This document shows positions 23,261 through 34,266 of a stretch of DNA of 43,911 nt, piece after piece (within the stretch, counting starts at the first letter, position 1; every line of letters starts with the position of its first letter). The position numbers and the translations under genes were made by a program. The stretch spans positions 33,678,511 through 33,722,421 of the forward strand of contig NC_068996.1 in the NCBI RefSeq assembly GCF_001194135.2. Reading direction: 5' to 3'. The notes under the pieces were generated by a model that made no database searches, was not told where the DNA came from, and saw nothing but the letters and a program-made list of their open reading frames with translations. Origin of the DNA: Octopus bimaculoides. Taxonomy: Eukaryota.

Positions 23261-25151
23261 GCATGTAGTGGATAGCGATCCATCTATCTGTCAATACAAT
23301 AAATAAAACCATAATTTTATCTTTCTGTCTGGGACCCCTGTTTCTCAGTCTATATTTGCTTTACATAAACATATTATACCTTTTTGGAATTAGGATGATC
23401 CCAGGATTGAAAATTTGCCCTTCATTTGGTTCTTGAACATCCAGCATTGGGATCTGATTCAAAAACATTTGGGTAGCTATTTCTAGCAGGTAAAGCTTGG
23501 CTAATCCACACCATCTTAGTTGGCATTTGTCAGATGACATCACAGATCAAAGGGGAGACATTCATTTCATAAATTTTATGTTGAGATAAGAACTCTGGGA
23601 CAAATTGGCCAACAAATGGAATGCAACTTGGGACTAGCACAATAGAATGATTGCATTACAGAATTAATTTTCATCTGTCCTTAACCTCTGATAAAATACA
23701 ACTGGGGCAAATAGTCATTATAGATGTTTTGCGGTTATACTATTTAGCTTTCTTTAGTTTTGAGCTGGAAGCCCAATTAGCCCTCCGCAGGAGCTAGTTT
23801 AAAAGTTTAAAAGACTGAGATATATATATATGCACAAGAACTCAAACACTACATAAGGCACTTCCATACAGTTAATACCTATCAAATCTCATTTACAAAG
23901 CATTGGGCAACCTGAGACTATAGTGAAAACAAAGATTCTCAGAGATGCCCCACAGTTGGATTGAACTCAAATTGACAGGGTTACGAAAGTGTAGTTCTTA
24001 ACAACACATTCAGTCATGTGTGCATGTATGTGCACATATGCATGTAAGTGTGTTTCTTTCTAACCTCTAAATGTTTTGCAGTTCACACTACTTTGTTATA
24101 ATATCAGCTTTCATAGCTTTTTATAGCCTCAAATTTATTTATAATGATAGACAAATAATCAACCACCTGATAAGTTGCATTTTACTCATATGAAGGTTGG
24201 CCATGAAGTTAATCTCTAATGCATGCTTTTTTTTTCTTTTCTTAGATATGTTTATAATAATAAATTACACCAAACTAGTATTACCTGCTTAAAACTAGTT
24301 GGCACTATCTGTGGCAGTTGTTTTACTTATTGACAATATGCATTGCTTAACACAAACAGTTGTCCATCAGTATTAATAAGGACCTAAAAAAAATGACCAA
24401 CTACCATGTGCTGATCTTTCTAAGCTTCACCAGGTGGGTCAAATATCCTGTGTAGGTGACTAATAAGTCATCAAAGGTAATCTTCTATGAACTGATGTCT
24501 CAGGTTTTTGGTGACTGAGGGTCATCTTGTGAATGTTATAATGGTTATCCAAAGTACTAGTTAATAATGACCAGTACTGACCACTGTAAACAATGACAGC
24601 TCGAAGACAATTAGCAACTAACATTATCTGAAAAGACAGCTATGGGAGAGATAAGATAAAAAAGTTGTAGCATATGTACTAGCCATCTCCAGATCAAATA
24701 CACAGTTGCACAATTTGTTTCAGAGTATGCAAATTACTATCTGAAAACTTGTACCTATGGGTTTGAAGTATTCTCACAAGAAGAGAATTCATCATACATA
24801 TGCGCTGCTTAAATAGAAAAATTATCAGAAACCTAGATTTTCTACCTAACAGCTGGAAATATAGCTGTGTGTATGTGTGTGTGTGCGCACGCGCGCGCGT
24901 GATTGTGATTGTGAGTGTGCGCGCACTTGTGTGTGTGTTTGTGTGTGCAGTGAAAAACTTTATTTTATCGCTATGACTGATTTTAGATTTATGGAATTAC
25001 AATTCTGTTTATAATAAAATATATGCTCAATACTTTTAGCTGTTCAAAATTTACTGAAAATCTCAAAGAATAAAGTTAATGTAAACTTTTTTAATATCAA
25101 TGCATATTTTAGGGGTCATTAAAAGCTGAAACAAAGTCTCCTGTAACCTAC

Positions 25152-25334
25152 CTCTTCATTATAAAGCTTGCTTATTTCTTGTTTAATAGGATCAATAAGT
25201 TGAACTTGGCCAGCAGTAAAGCCAACTAACAACAAGACACTCTCACATGATGCTGACTGATGATTGAAGTCATGACAAGTAGGGAATGTTCCTTTATAAA
25301 TCCTTTTATCTATTGGTTTGGTCAGGTCTGCTGC
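25152..25334 (-). CDS. WDR20: Internal coding exon (183 bp, phase 0/0) of WD repeat-containing protein 20 (WDR20/DMWD family, USP12/USP46 activator)
   Basis: tttgtAG|GCA...GAG|GTaggt. Translates to AADLTKPIDKRIYKGTFPTCHDFNHQSASCESVLLLVGFTAGQVQLIDPIKQEISKLYNEE, matching the remembered human segment AADLSKPIDKRIYKGTQPTCHDFNH...LLVGFSAGQVQLIDPIKKETSKLFNEE. No other exon found in the window. Confidence 0.96.
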
Positions 25335-25499
25335 CTACAAATAGGAACAAGTAATAAGGTCAAGTAGTGAGATAGTAAGATCAAAAAGAACATTACAGGA
25401 GATAATAAACAAATTGAAAAAGACAATTGATAATATGGTCAGAATTTTAATCCTTTGCATGGTGTTTTTGAAACACTTATTTCCTTTGTTTAAAAAAAA

Positions 25500-26720
25500 T
25501 GCAGGAGAGGGCAGGCACTCTATAGATCAGAGGTGGCAATACTTAAGAACAAGGATGGGCTCACAAAGGGAAGATGGAAGAAGTATGCAAAAATTTCTAC
25601 ACCAGCCTTTTTAAATCATCAGGGAAGCTCAATCCTCCATTGCCACAAATGTTGGAAGAAATTCCACCTATTTTGATCAGTGAAACTGAAAATGCACTCA
25701 AACTGACAAAAACAGACAAAGCTCCTGGGAAATATGGCATCACAACAGAGATGTTAAGACACTGAGGTGAAGAGCTGTGGTAAATCTTCATTCTACAATT
25801 TGAAGAAGGGTAAAAACACCCTCACTGTGGAAAGAGTCAAATAGCATCTTGCTTCATTAGAAGGATGATAAAGATTTTAAAAACTATCACTCCACCTCTA
25901 TAAGCTGTTTACAAAGATCATAGTCATCAGACTATCAAAACACCTAAACAATAAACAGCTGAGAGAGTTAATAGGTTTCTGTAGGAACTACAGTACAATA
26001 CATCACATCTTCACTTTAACACAGCTCACAGAACAAAATAATGAATACAAGCTTCCTTTGTGTGTCACCTTTGTTGATTAAGAAAAGGCCTTTGACATCA
26101 GTGAAATGAATGCAGTGTTGTGGCGCAATACATCAAACTGCTCACATATAGTATTGCTATCACCATCAGTAAGAGTTCCAATTGGGAAGGGTAACAAGCA
26201 AGGAGATACTATCTTCCCAAAGATTTTTACTGCATATCAAGAAATGGTCATCAGGGACATTGACTGGACAGATGGTATGAACATCAATGGTGTGCAGCTA
26301 ACACACATCTGGTTTACAAATGACATTATACTCAACACTAAAACCACAGACCAGCTGCAGACCATACTGACTGAACTGGACACTCTGGTTTAGCAGTAGA
26401 CTTTAAAATGAACTACATGAAAACAAAACATATATACAGTTATAAGATGAAACACAAGGCCAATGAAATCGAGGATGTAAAGGAGTATGCACTGAGAATG
26501 GATGCTGAAATCTCAAAGGGAATAAGGACAGGATGGAATGTACTTACCTCAATACAGGATGTGTTCAAAACAAAGACAATAACATGCATGCCAGACTCTT
26601 CAAAAGCAGTCTTATATGTACTCTTATACACAAGTGAGACATGGGATACTAAGAAGAGGATAGAACATTGATTGGCAATGATGTAGAGGACTATGGAAAG
26701 ATGCATGTTAGGAATACCAT
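25500..26720 (+). mobile_element. Degraded RT region of a second RTE-clade LINE family
   Basis: FYTSLF, KAPGKYGITTEML, FVD.EKAFD, KQGDTIFPKIF and IWFTNDII (LRFADDI); no PHD-like insert. Confidence 0.88.
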
Positions 26721-26863
26721 CATGATTCATAATCCTACTTTAAAATTTGAATTAGCTCATAGTTTTATTCTACAGAAACACAATCTCACTCCTCTCATGC
26801 AGACACACACAAACCAACCAAATGTTCCCTTGGATAACATTAAAGATACCTATTACTATTCAC

Positions 26864-26901
<38 letters not shown>

Positions 26902-28086
26902 CATCATCATCATCATCGTTTAACGTCCGCCTTCCATGCTAGCATGGGTTGGACGATTTGACTGAGGACTGGTGAAACCGGATGGCGACACCAGGCTCCA
27001 ATCTAATTTGGCAGAGTTTCTACAGCTGGATGCCCTTCCTAACGCCAACCACTCAGAGAGTGTAGTGGGTGCTTTTACGTGTCACCCGCACGAAAACGGC
27101 CACGCTCGAAATGGTGTCTTTTATGTGCCACCCACACAAGAGCCAGCCCAGGGGCACCAGCAACGACCTCGCTCGAAAAACCTCATGTGTNNNNNNNNNN
27201 NNNNNNNNNNNNNNNNNNNNNNNNNNNNNNNNNNNNNNNNNNNNNNNNNNNNNNNNNNNNNNNNNNNNNNNNNNNNNNNNNNNNNNNNNNNNNNNNNNNN
27301 NNNNNNNNNNNNNNNNNNNNNNNNNNNNNNNNNNNNNNNNNNNNNNNNNNNNNNNNNNNNNNNNNNNNNNNNNNNNNNNNNNNNNNNNNNNNNNNNNNNN
27401 NNNNNNNNNNNNNNNNNNNNNNNNNNNNNNNNNNNNNNNNNNNNNNNNNNNNNNNNNNNNNNNNNNNNNNNNNNNNNNNNNNNNNNNNNNNNNNNNNNNN
27501 NNNNNNNNNNNNNNNNNNNNNNNNNNNNNNNNNNNNNNNNNNNNNNNNNNNNNNNNNNNNNNNNNNNNNNNNNNNNNNNNNNNNNNNNNNNNNNNNNNNN
27601 NNNNNNNNNNNNNNNNNNNNNNNNNNNNNNNNNNNNNNNNNNNNNNNNNNNNNNNNNNNNNNNNNNNNNNNNNNNNNNNNNNNNNNNNNNNNNNNNNNNN
27701 NNNNNNNNNNNNNNNNNNNNNNNNNNNNNNNNNNNNNNNNNNNNNNNNNNNNNNNNNNNNNNNNNNNNNNNNNNNNNNNNNNNNNNNNNNNNNNNNNNNN
27801 NNNNNNNNNNNNNNNNNNNNNNNNNNNNNNNNNNNNNNNNNNNNNNNNNNNNNNNNNNNNNNNNNNNNNNNNAAAGATATCATGTGTCGCTCGCACATGA
27901 GCCAGTCAGGGGGCACTGGCAAACAATCCCGCTCGAAAGATATCATGTGTCGCCCGCACATGAGCCAGTCCAGGGGCACTGGCAACGATCCCGCTCGAAA
28001 GATTTCATGTGTCGCCCGCACATGAGCCAGTCCGGGGGCACTGGCAAACGATCCCGCTCGAAACATTTCATGTGTCACCCGCACGT
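26902..28086 (-). mobile_element. RTE-family 3' UTR with an expanded 62-63-bp minisatellite (partly in gap)
   Basis: (ATC)n plus reverse-complement family tail at 26902-27080; visible units at 27873-27935, 27936-27997 and 27998-28060. Confidence 0.9.
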
Positions 28087-28276
28087 TAGATTAAATTTAT
28101 TGTCCAATACAACACTACCTCCCCTACTATACACATCTGGGTCTTGGTGCCTTCAGCTTACTATGCATATTTGTTTTTTGGTGAATTGTCATTAATTACA
28201 GTTCATTTTTGGATTTGGCTTGCAAGATTCTTTATGTGAGTTTGTGTGTTGAAGCATATACTGTTATGTCTGGGAA

Positions 28277-28421
28277 GAGTCATTCTTTTTTAGTACCTTA
28301 TAATTTAACATATTCACCGGTAAAATTTCCACTTATTTCCTTTTTGTATTTTTCTAAAATTTTCGTTGTGTCTTGCACTGGTGAATGTGTTAAATTATAA
28401 GGCACTAAAAGAGAATGACTC
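28277..28421. repeat. Inverted repeat, 45-bp arms, 55-nt spacer
   Basis: 28277-28321 versus the reverse complement of 28377-28421: 41/45 identical. Confidence 0.9.
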
Positions 28422-28623
28422 CTCAGATACAACAGTATATCTATTACAGTGTAAATCAGAATGACTTTGCTGCTGATTAAATAAGAATGAAAACACATTA
28501 TTTTAAAGATCTGATGTGTGGAAAAAAAGCAACAGGGAGTCCCTGAAAAACTATTTCATGGTTTGTTGACTGCTTCATAAAGACATACCTGGCTTCCTTC
28601 CTCAATCTAAAACATGATTTAGC

Positions 28624-28659
<36 letters not shown>

Positions 28660-28699
28660 CCAAGCAAGCCCAAGCAGATGATATATAAATGTTTATTTA

Positions 28700-28910
28700 T
28701 ATTTCAAGTTACAATGGTTCAAATCTTGACAAAAGGGAGCAATTTGGAGGGAGGGAACAGCCAATTACATTGACCTCAGTGCTCAATTAGTACCTATTTT
28801 ATCAATCCTGAAAGGATGGCAAGCAAAGTCAACATCAACAGAATTTGAACATAAAAGGCTGTAAGAAATGTTGGCTAAGCATTTTGCTTGATGTATTAAC
28901 AATTCTGCCT
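28700..28910 (-). mobile_element. Highly degraded SINE remnant
   Basis: tcaatcctgaaaggatggcaagcaaagtcaacatcaacagaatttgaac resembles the antisense of a tRNA-SINE head and conserved central domain. Confidence 0.45.
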
Positions 28911-28945
28911 CAACACAAGTATATACAACTGTGTATGCAGCCATA

Positions 28946-29826
28946 TGAGGTGTATCAGTAAAGAAAAATGACTGAGGTCACAAAAAATTTATGTGAAATC
29001 CAAAATACAAACTACAAGCTTTCCCCTTCGAAATAATCCTCCTCGAGTCTAACACACTTTCACATCCTTCAGCAACATGCCTCCATGCAGTCCTAGAAGG
29101 ATTTTTCCAGAATTCTACCTGGTTCTGTTATCATGGTCTTCTTGATGGCTCCATGTCAGGAAAACAGGTCCCTTTGACAACCCCCTTGGGCTTGGGAAAA
29201 GGAAAAAATTACATAGAGCCAGGTCAGGTAAGCAGGAAGGTTGCTTCAGCACAGCCATGTTCTTCTCAGCAAGGAACTGCTGGATACTCAGGGTGTTGTG
29301 AGCTGACACATTGGTGAAGCAGCCATGAGTTGTCCTGTAACAAATCACACCTCTTCTTGCATACTGAACAGAGTAAACACCACAGGATTTCTTTGTAGAC
29401 ATACTGGTTTATTGTTTGGCCCTATAGCAAGAATTTTATGTGGATGATGCCCATCACATCAAAGACCACAATTAACATGAGTTTGACTTTGGCCTTTGAC
29501 TTTCTTGCTTTCTTTGACCTTGATGACTCCAGACTCTTCCACTGAGGGCTCTGGCATTTGGTCTCCAGGTCATACTCAAAGATCTATGACTCTTCCCAAG
29601 AAGTCTAGCTCAGTATCAAGATGCTCAAGGATGTCCTGACACACCTGCATGTGCTGCTCTTTCTGGTTATCATTCAGCAGCTTCAACACCATCTTTGCGC
29701 AGAACTTCTGCATGCCCAAATTTTCAGTGACAATCTTCCAGATGCTGTTGTGGTTCATGCCCAACTCATTTGTAATCAGTCAAACAGTCAGCTGGTTGCC
29801 ACACACCAGCTACCTCATGCACTCAA
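28946..29826 (-). mobile_element. Tc1/mariner transposase remnant with one TIR
   Basis: LGMQKFCAKMVLKLL...DFLGRVI; QQFLAEKNMAVLKQPSCLPDLALCNFFLFP (YSPDLAP.D motif); TA (28944-28945) plus TGAGGTGTATCAGTAAAG terminus. Confidence 0.88.
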
Positions 29827-30380
29827 CTGGAAGAAATTCAACATAATGGAAGCTGTGGATAATATAACTGGGTCATGGGATGAATTGAAACCTTCACCTT
29901 TGAATAGTGCTTTCAGAAATATATGGCTAGATGTACCTGTGACAGTACAAGCTTCCCTCAAGCAGAAAGAGTACATCAAACTTGGAAAGAAATTGTGACA
30001 GCTGCAAAGAATATAGAATTTGAAGAAGTCATAGAAGATGATGTGATTGAGTTGCTAGTGTCACAGAAAGGAAGTTTATCTAATGAGGAGCTAATGCTGT
30101 TAGAAAAAGAACAAGCTGAGAATATAGACGAGATACTAGAAATTCCACCAACACCACTTAAACTGACTTGCTAAAGGGTTGGCATCTAAAGAGGAAGATC
30201 TACAGGTTTTTGCTGATAATGATCCTAAATAACAAACTTAACATAAAAATTACAAGAGAAGTTTACAATGAGCTCAATTCCTACAGTGAGCTGTACAAAG
30301 AGGTGATGTGTCATAAACAACAAACAACTTTGGATAAGTTCTTCACCCTCAAGTTTATGTTCATGATAATGAACTGTAAG
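29827..30380 (+). mobile_element. Pogo/Tigger-type transposase C-terminal remnant
   Basis: WKKFNIMEAVDNITGSWDEL...LNSAFRNIW and EDDVIELLVSQKGSLSNEELMLL resemble TIGD1-like proteins. Confidence 0.7.
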
Positions 30381-30609
30381 AAGTAAATATTGTCCCACAT
30401 CCTCCTAACAATGCTCATTCCACCACCATCCTTCACAAAGTAGTCAAAATCTTTGGTGGTAAGAATGTACTCTTACAATATAACAATTCTTATTAATTCC
30501 TTAACGTATACCACTCAAATCGCTTTTATGTTTTTTATGTATCTATATTGAACCATATTTAGAAATTTTTGCTTTCATGTATAAAGGTGGTTATATTGTT
30601 TGATCTCTG

Positions 30610-31020
30610 TTGCTTTCTTGTGCTTTCTTTTTAGAAAAAGTTTGTAGAAATGCAATCTCAGTTGATATCATGAAAATCAATAGGAAAATTAATGATAGGA
30701 TTATTAAACTAAGAACAGTTCTGTTTAATGTAATGGTGTCATTCATCTTAGCATATTCTCCACATGTCAGGAGGGCAGATGTTCAGAAGGACAGTTTCTA
30801 TGGATATCTTCTGCAGGTTACCTCAACCATGAAAGACAATGATGTTATCATCATGGCTGGTGACCTCAGTAATCATTTTGAGAAGCACTTAGGTGGATTT
30901 CATGGGATGCATGGAGGTTACAGGCTTTGTTTCTAGAAATGAAGAGGGAACAAGGCTGCTGGGGTTTTGCAACACTAACTTCAGGAAACATGACAACCAT
31001 CTGATCACTTATTCTATACC
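30610..31020 (+). mobile_element. RTE APE endonuclease fragment
   Basis: ILAYSP...QKDSFY...VIIMAGDL...GGFHGMHGG; RNEEGTRLLGFCNTNFRK. Confidence 0.85.
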
Positions 31021-31339
31021 AGCTAGATTAATAATGATTTCTACAGTCAAAGAGGATTCATCCCCTTTGAACCATTGTTTTCTTAGTTTTCTTTTCTTTC
31101 TTCTCATTCCACTTACTATATCAACTTTCTACATGCCTTTCTTCCCATTTCTTCTCATATTTTGTCATTAACCCGTTTCTTGGTTTCAAATAGGTCTAAC
31201 ATTATACACTGAACCTGAAAGATTGCTTCAAGACACATTATATAAAATTTGCCAAATTATCATATCTCTACAGCATGAAGCTACTAGCAGCTCTTTTTTA
31301 AATTGTGTATATTAAACCTAAACCATTTGAAATGCAAGC

Positions 31340-31545
31340 CAAAGACCATACCAAGTGGCAGAGTTCTATCACTATTGGAATCAAAACTTCAAAGCTACCA
31401 GAAGAGGTAAAGAAATCAAACAGGAGGAGAGAAAGGCTCAACAAAATTTACTTCTTCCTCCACTAACATTACCATGCAGTCAATGCCACCAACTCTTCTA
31501 TGCAAGAATTGTTTTACATAGTCATCAATTACATCACCATAGAGT
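31340..31545 (+). mobile_element. RTE (BovB-like) ORF C-terminus with C2H2 finger remnant
   Basis: WQSSITIG...PCSQCHQLFYARIVLHSHQLHH resembles the C..C.R.F.ARIGL.SH.R.H terminus of BovB-type RTEs. Confidence 0.6.
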
Positions 31546-31728
31546 AAGCATTCAGCAAAAAAAAAACTAAATTCTCAGAGACAAGATAAAGCTGCCACCA
31601 CCAATAATAATGATGTATATGAATACACACATATATACATAAATACACATAAATAAATATATACAAATACACCATTAGATATACATATATATAGATACAT
31701 CTACATATAAATATACATATCATTGTCA

Positions 31729-31920
31729 TCACCCTCATTTAATGTCCTTTTTTCCATGCTGGCATGAGTTGGACAATTTGACAAGAACAGATGAACCAGA
31801 GGGCTCCACCAGGTTTTATGTTTGCTTTGATATGGTTTCTACAGCTGGATGTCTTTCTTAACACCAACCACTTAACAAAGTGTACTGGATGTTTTTTATA
31901 TGTCACCAGTACTGGTGAGG
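31729..31920 (-). mobile_element. RTE-family 3' terminal fragment (older)
   Basis: Reverse complement of the family tail (ccatgctggcatg...tctacagctggatgtctttcttaacaccaaccac). Confidence 0.8.
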
Positions 31921-32410
31921 TTGCCAAGTACCCATAAAATGAGACTCCTCAACTGAGCATGTTATAGATTGGAAGAATTAGAAACTTTGATAGGAGAGGT
32001 GTCTTGCTGAAGAGGTGAATACATGGCTCAGCTGCCTAGAAAGTAAGAGAAGGAAAGAGATGTGAAGTCCATGTGCAACATGAATATGAGTCAAAACAGG
32101 ATAGAAAAGGGGGAAAGGAAGATGTGTTGGTAAGTGCACTGAGTGAAAATAGTGTGACAGATGAATTAGAGATAGAGAATGAGTTCAATGCAAAAGATAT
32201 CAGTTCAGTGTATGAGGAAGTGAAGAAAATAGGGTAACATAGAAGATTGATGGAAGAGTGGATGTCAGAGGGTAAGTTGTGGGGGAAGGCTTGACAGAGC
32301 CTCAATTCTGTTGAGATGAATGGATTTTCTCAAGCACATTACAATGTCATTCATCTTGGTCTTCTGGCATCTCCTCTGAGTAGTCCAACATCTTAATGTC
32401 AGTCTCTCTC

Positions 32411-32455
<45 letters not shown>

Positions 32456-32474
32456 NNNNNNNNNNNNNNNNNNN

Positions 32475-32519
<45 letters not shown>

Positions 32520-32647
32520 TATAGATATATAAAAGATAATAAGAGTGAAAAAACTACAGAAGGCTTGTGTTACATGGTTAAAGTATATATTTAAATTATG
32601 TCAGAAAAATGTTATAAAATCTTTTTGGTATATAAACATTGTATTTT

Positions 32648-32686
32648 GAGAAATAACCAGTTTCGTGTTGTCTTTTCAAATTTCTC
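32648..32686 (-). ncRNA. Degenerate minimal type-I hammerhead-like fold
   Basis: GAGAAAT-TTGAAAA-GACAACAC-GAAAC-TG-GTT-ATTTCTC: perfect 7-bp stem I, GAAAC...GU-H arm, core differing from CUGANGA at two positions. Confidence 0.5.
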
Positions 32687-32903
32687 TACTTCATTGTAAC
32701 GTGTTCGCTCCAGTCTGAGAAAGAAGAGTTCTATAGATATATATATATATATAATGGACTCCAGTCACCATACAACTCACAGTTTAGCATCTAAAGTTGC
32801 TAAAAGTGTGAATAAAAATTTGAGAATGTAAGGAATGGAACAGGTAAAGCATGGACTAGAATTGTTTCATAGCTAAAACAGTTTTGATTGCATAATCTGT
32901 AAC

Positions 32904-33619
32904 TTATTTTGTTACAGTTATTTCTACAGATATTCTATAGAAATTATAGCCAGCACTGATTTTTTGCTACAATGTTTCGTATCAAGATGTGAGATTGAAA
33001 ACAAAAGATGGGTAATGAGTGTCGTATTTTGGGGGGTTTTGCCCCTTCATCAGCATTCATCTAACCCATTCTCACCTGTGAACACATTGCTTATATAGCC
33101 ACTGCATACAGTGGTGTTAAGTTACTGAATATACCAATTTACATATTAAACGCATCCTTGGAGCTGGTATGTAAAGACTACTGATTTGTAGGTACATAGT
33201 ATTTTGTTATGCAACCATAATATACTATAAAGTATATTAAATGTTTTTATAAGTTGATACTACATTCTACTGCATTAGCAGTACATTTTAATATGTAAAT
33301 TGGTATCTCCAATAACTTAACACTGCTGTATGCGGTGGCTATATAAACAAAGTGTTCGGAGGTGAGAATGTGTTAGATGAGTGCTGGTGAAGGGGCAAAT
33401 CCCCCAAAATATGGCATATACACTCTTTATGAAATGTAACAAAAAATCACTGCTGCTATAATTTCTATAGAATATCTGTAGAAATAACCTTAACAAAATA
33501 ATGTAAAAATCACTGTTAATGCAGTAGAACATGGTACTGACTTATAAGAAACATTTAATATTATTTATTGTATATTATGGTTGCATAACGAAATACCACG
33601 TAGCTACAAATCATTAGTA
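32904..33619. repeat. Inverted, circularly permuted duplicate of a ~350-bp hammerhead-bearing unit
   Basis: X 32904-33150, Y 33178-33282, rc(X) 33287-33501, rc(Y) 33512-33619. CTGATGAAGGGG..CCCC motif inside X. Confidence 0.85.
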
Positions 33620-33852
33620 TATAATTTGTAACATACATAAAACCTGCTTAACTAATCTTCAGTTCCTATTGCCTTTAAGGTTTTTATATTGACACATGGA
33701 TATGAATGAACAAATGATTTATCAAATTAACCACAGCATAAATGGTAAGTTGAAAGAAGCAAAATCAAAATCAAACGACCAATGTGGGTGGGTTGCTCCA
33801 AAACAAAACAGAGTGAATGTGTTTATAGATCACATTAAGTAAAAGGAGAATA

Positions 33853-33900
33853 CTAGGTAGAGGGGTAGGGGAGGTGAGGAGCCCCTACCCTTCTATCTAG
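33853..33900. repeat. GC-rich 19-bp stem-loop
   Basis: CTAGGTAGAGGGGTAGGGG-aggtgaggag-CCCCTACCCTTCTATCTAG, 17/19 Watson-Crick plus 2 G:U on the plus strand. Confidence 0.85.
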
Positions 33901-34145
33901 CATATACCTTCCCATATTTATAAATATATATGTGTATATATACACATACATAAAAAATATAACACACACACACACACATATGTACACACACACCCCTGCA
34001 ACGTGTTTCGTTCAGGTTTGAGTATGTGCATTTAATTATTTATGGGATTTCATAGATCTTTGATGCTAAACTTGGGGCATGGAGTAGTGAGTTCATAAAT
34101 TCATAGACATATTTTTCCTGTAGAGCTCATGAATGTGCAATGCAT

Positions 34146-34266
34146 ATTAATCTGTATAGTTAAGAGTCGTGCACAAGTGTTCTCACATAAGATAATTAAA
34201 GAATTTAATTTTTTAATTATCTTATGTGAGAACATTTGTGCATGATTCCTAACTATACAGATTAAT
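34146..34266. repeat. Inverted repeat, 55-bp arms, 11-nt loop
   Basis: 34146-34200 versus the reverse complement of 34212-34266: 51/55 identical. Confidence 0.9.

Noticed and set aside
23361-23543. Short ORFs near the exon (also 24300-24620) as further WDR20 exons
   Set aside because: No frame resembles the expected next segment (RLIDK..VTC.KW) or the preceding one (FNVGRELY..YKGV.K).
25325-25340. Tandem (NAGNAG) alternative acceptor at the WDR20 exon
   Set aside because: The downstream AGs are 4 and 7 nt away, not 3, and would shift the frame.
27873-28086. Regular 62-63-bp array as a CRISPR-like locus
   Set aside because: Whole units are near-identical with no unique spacers, it sits in a LINE 3' UTR, and the context is eukaryotic.
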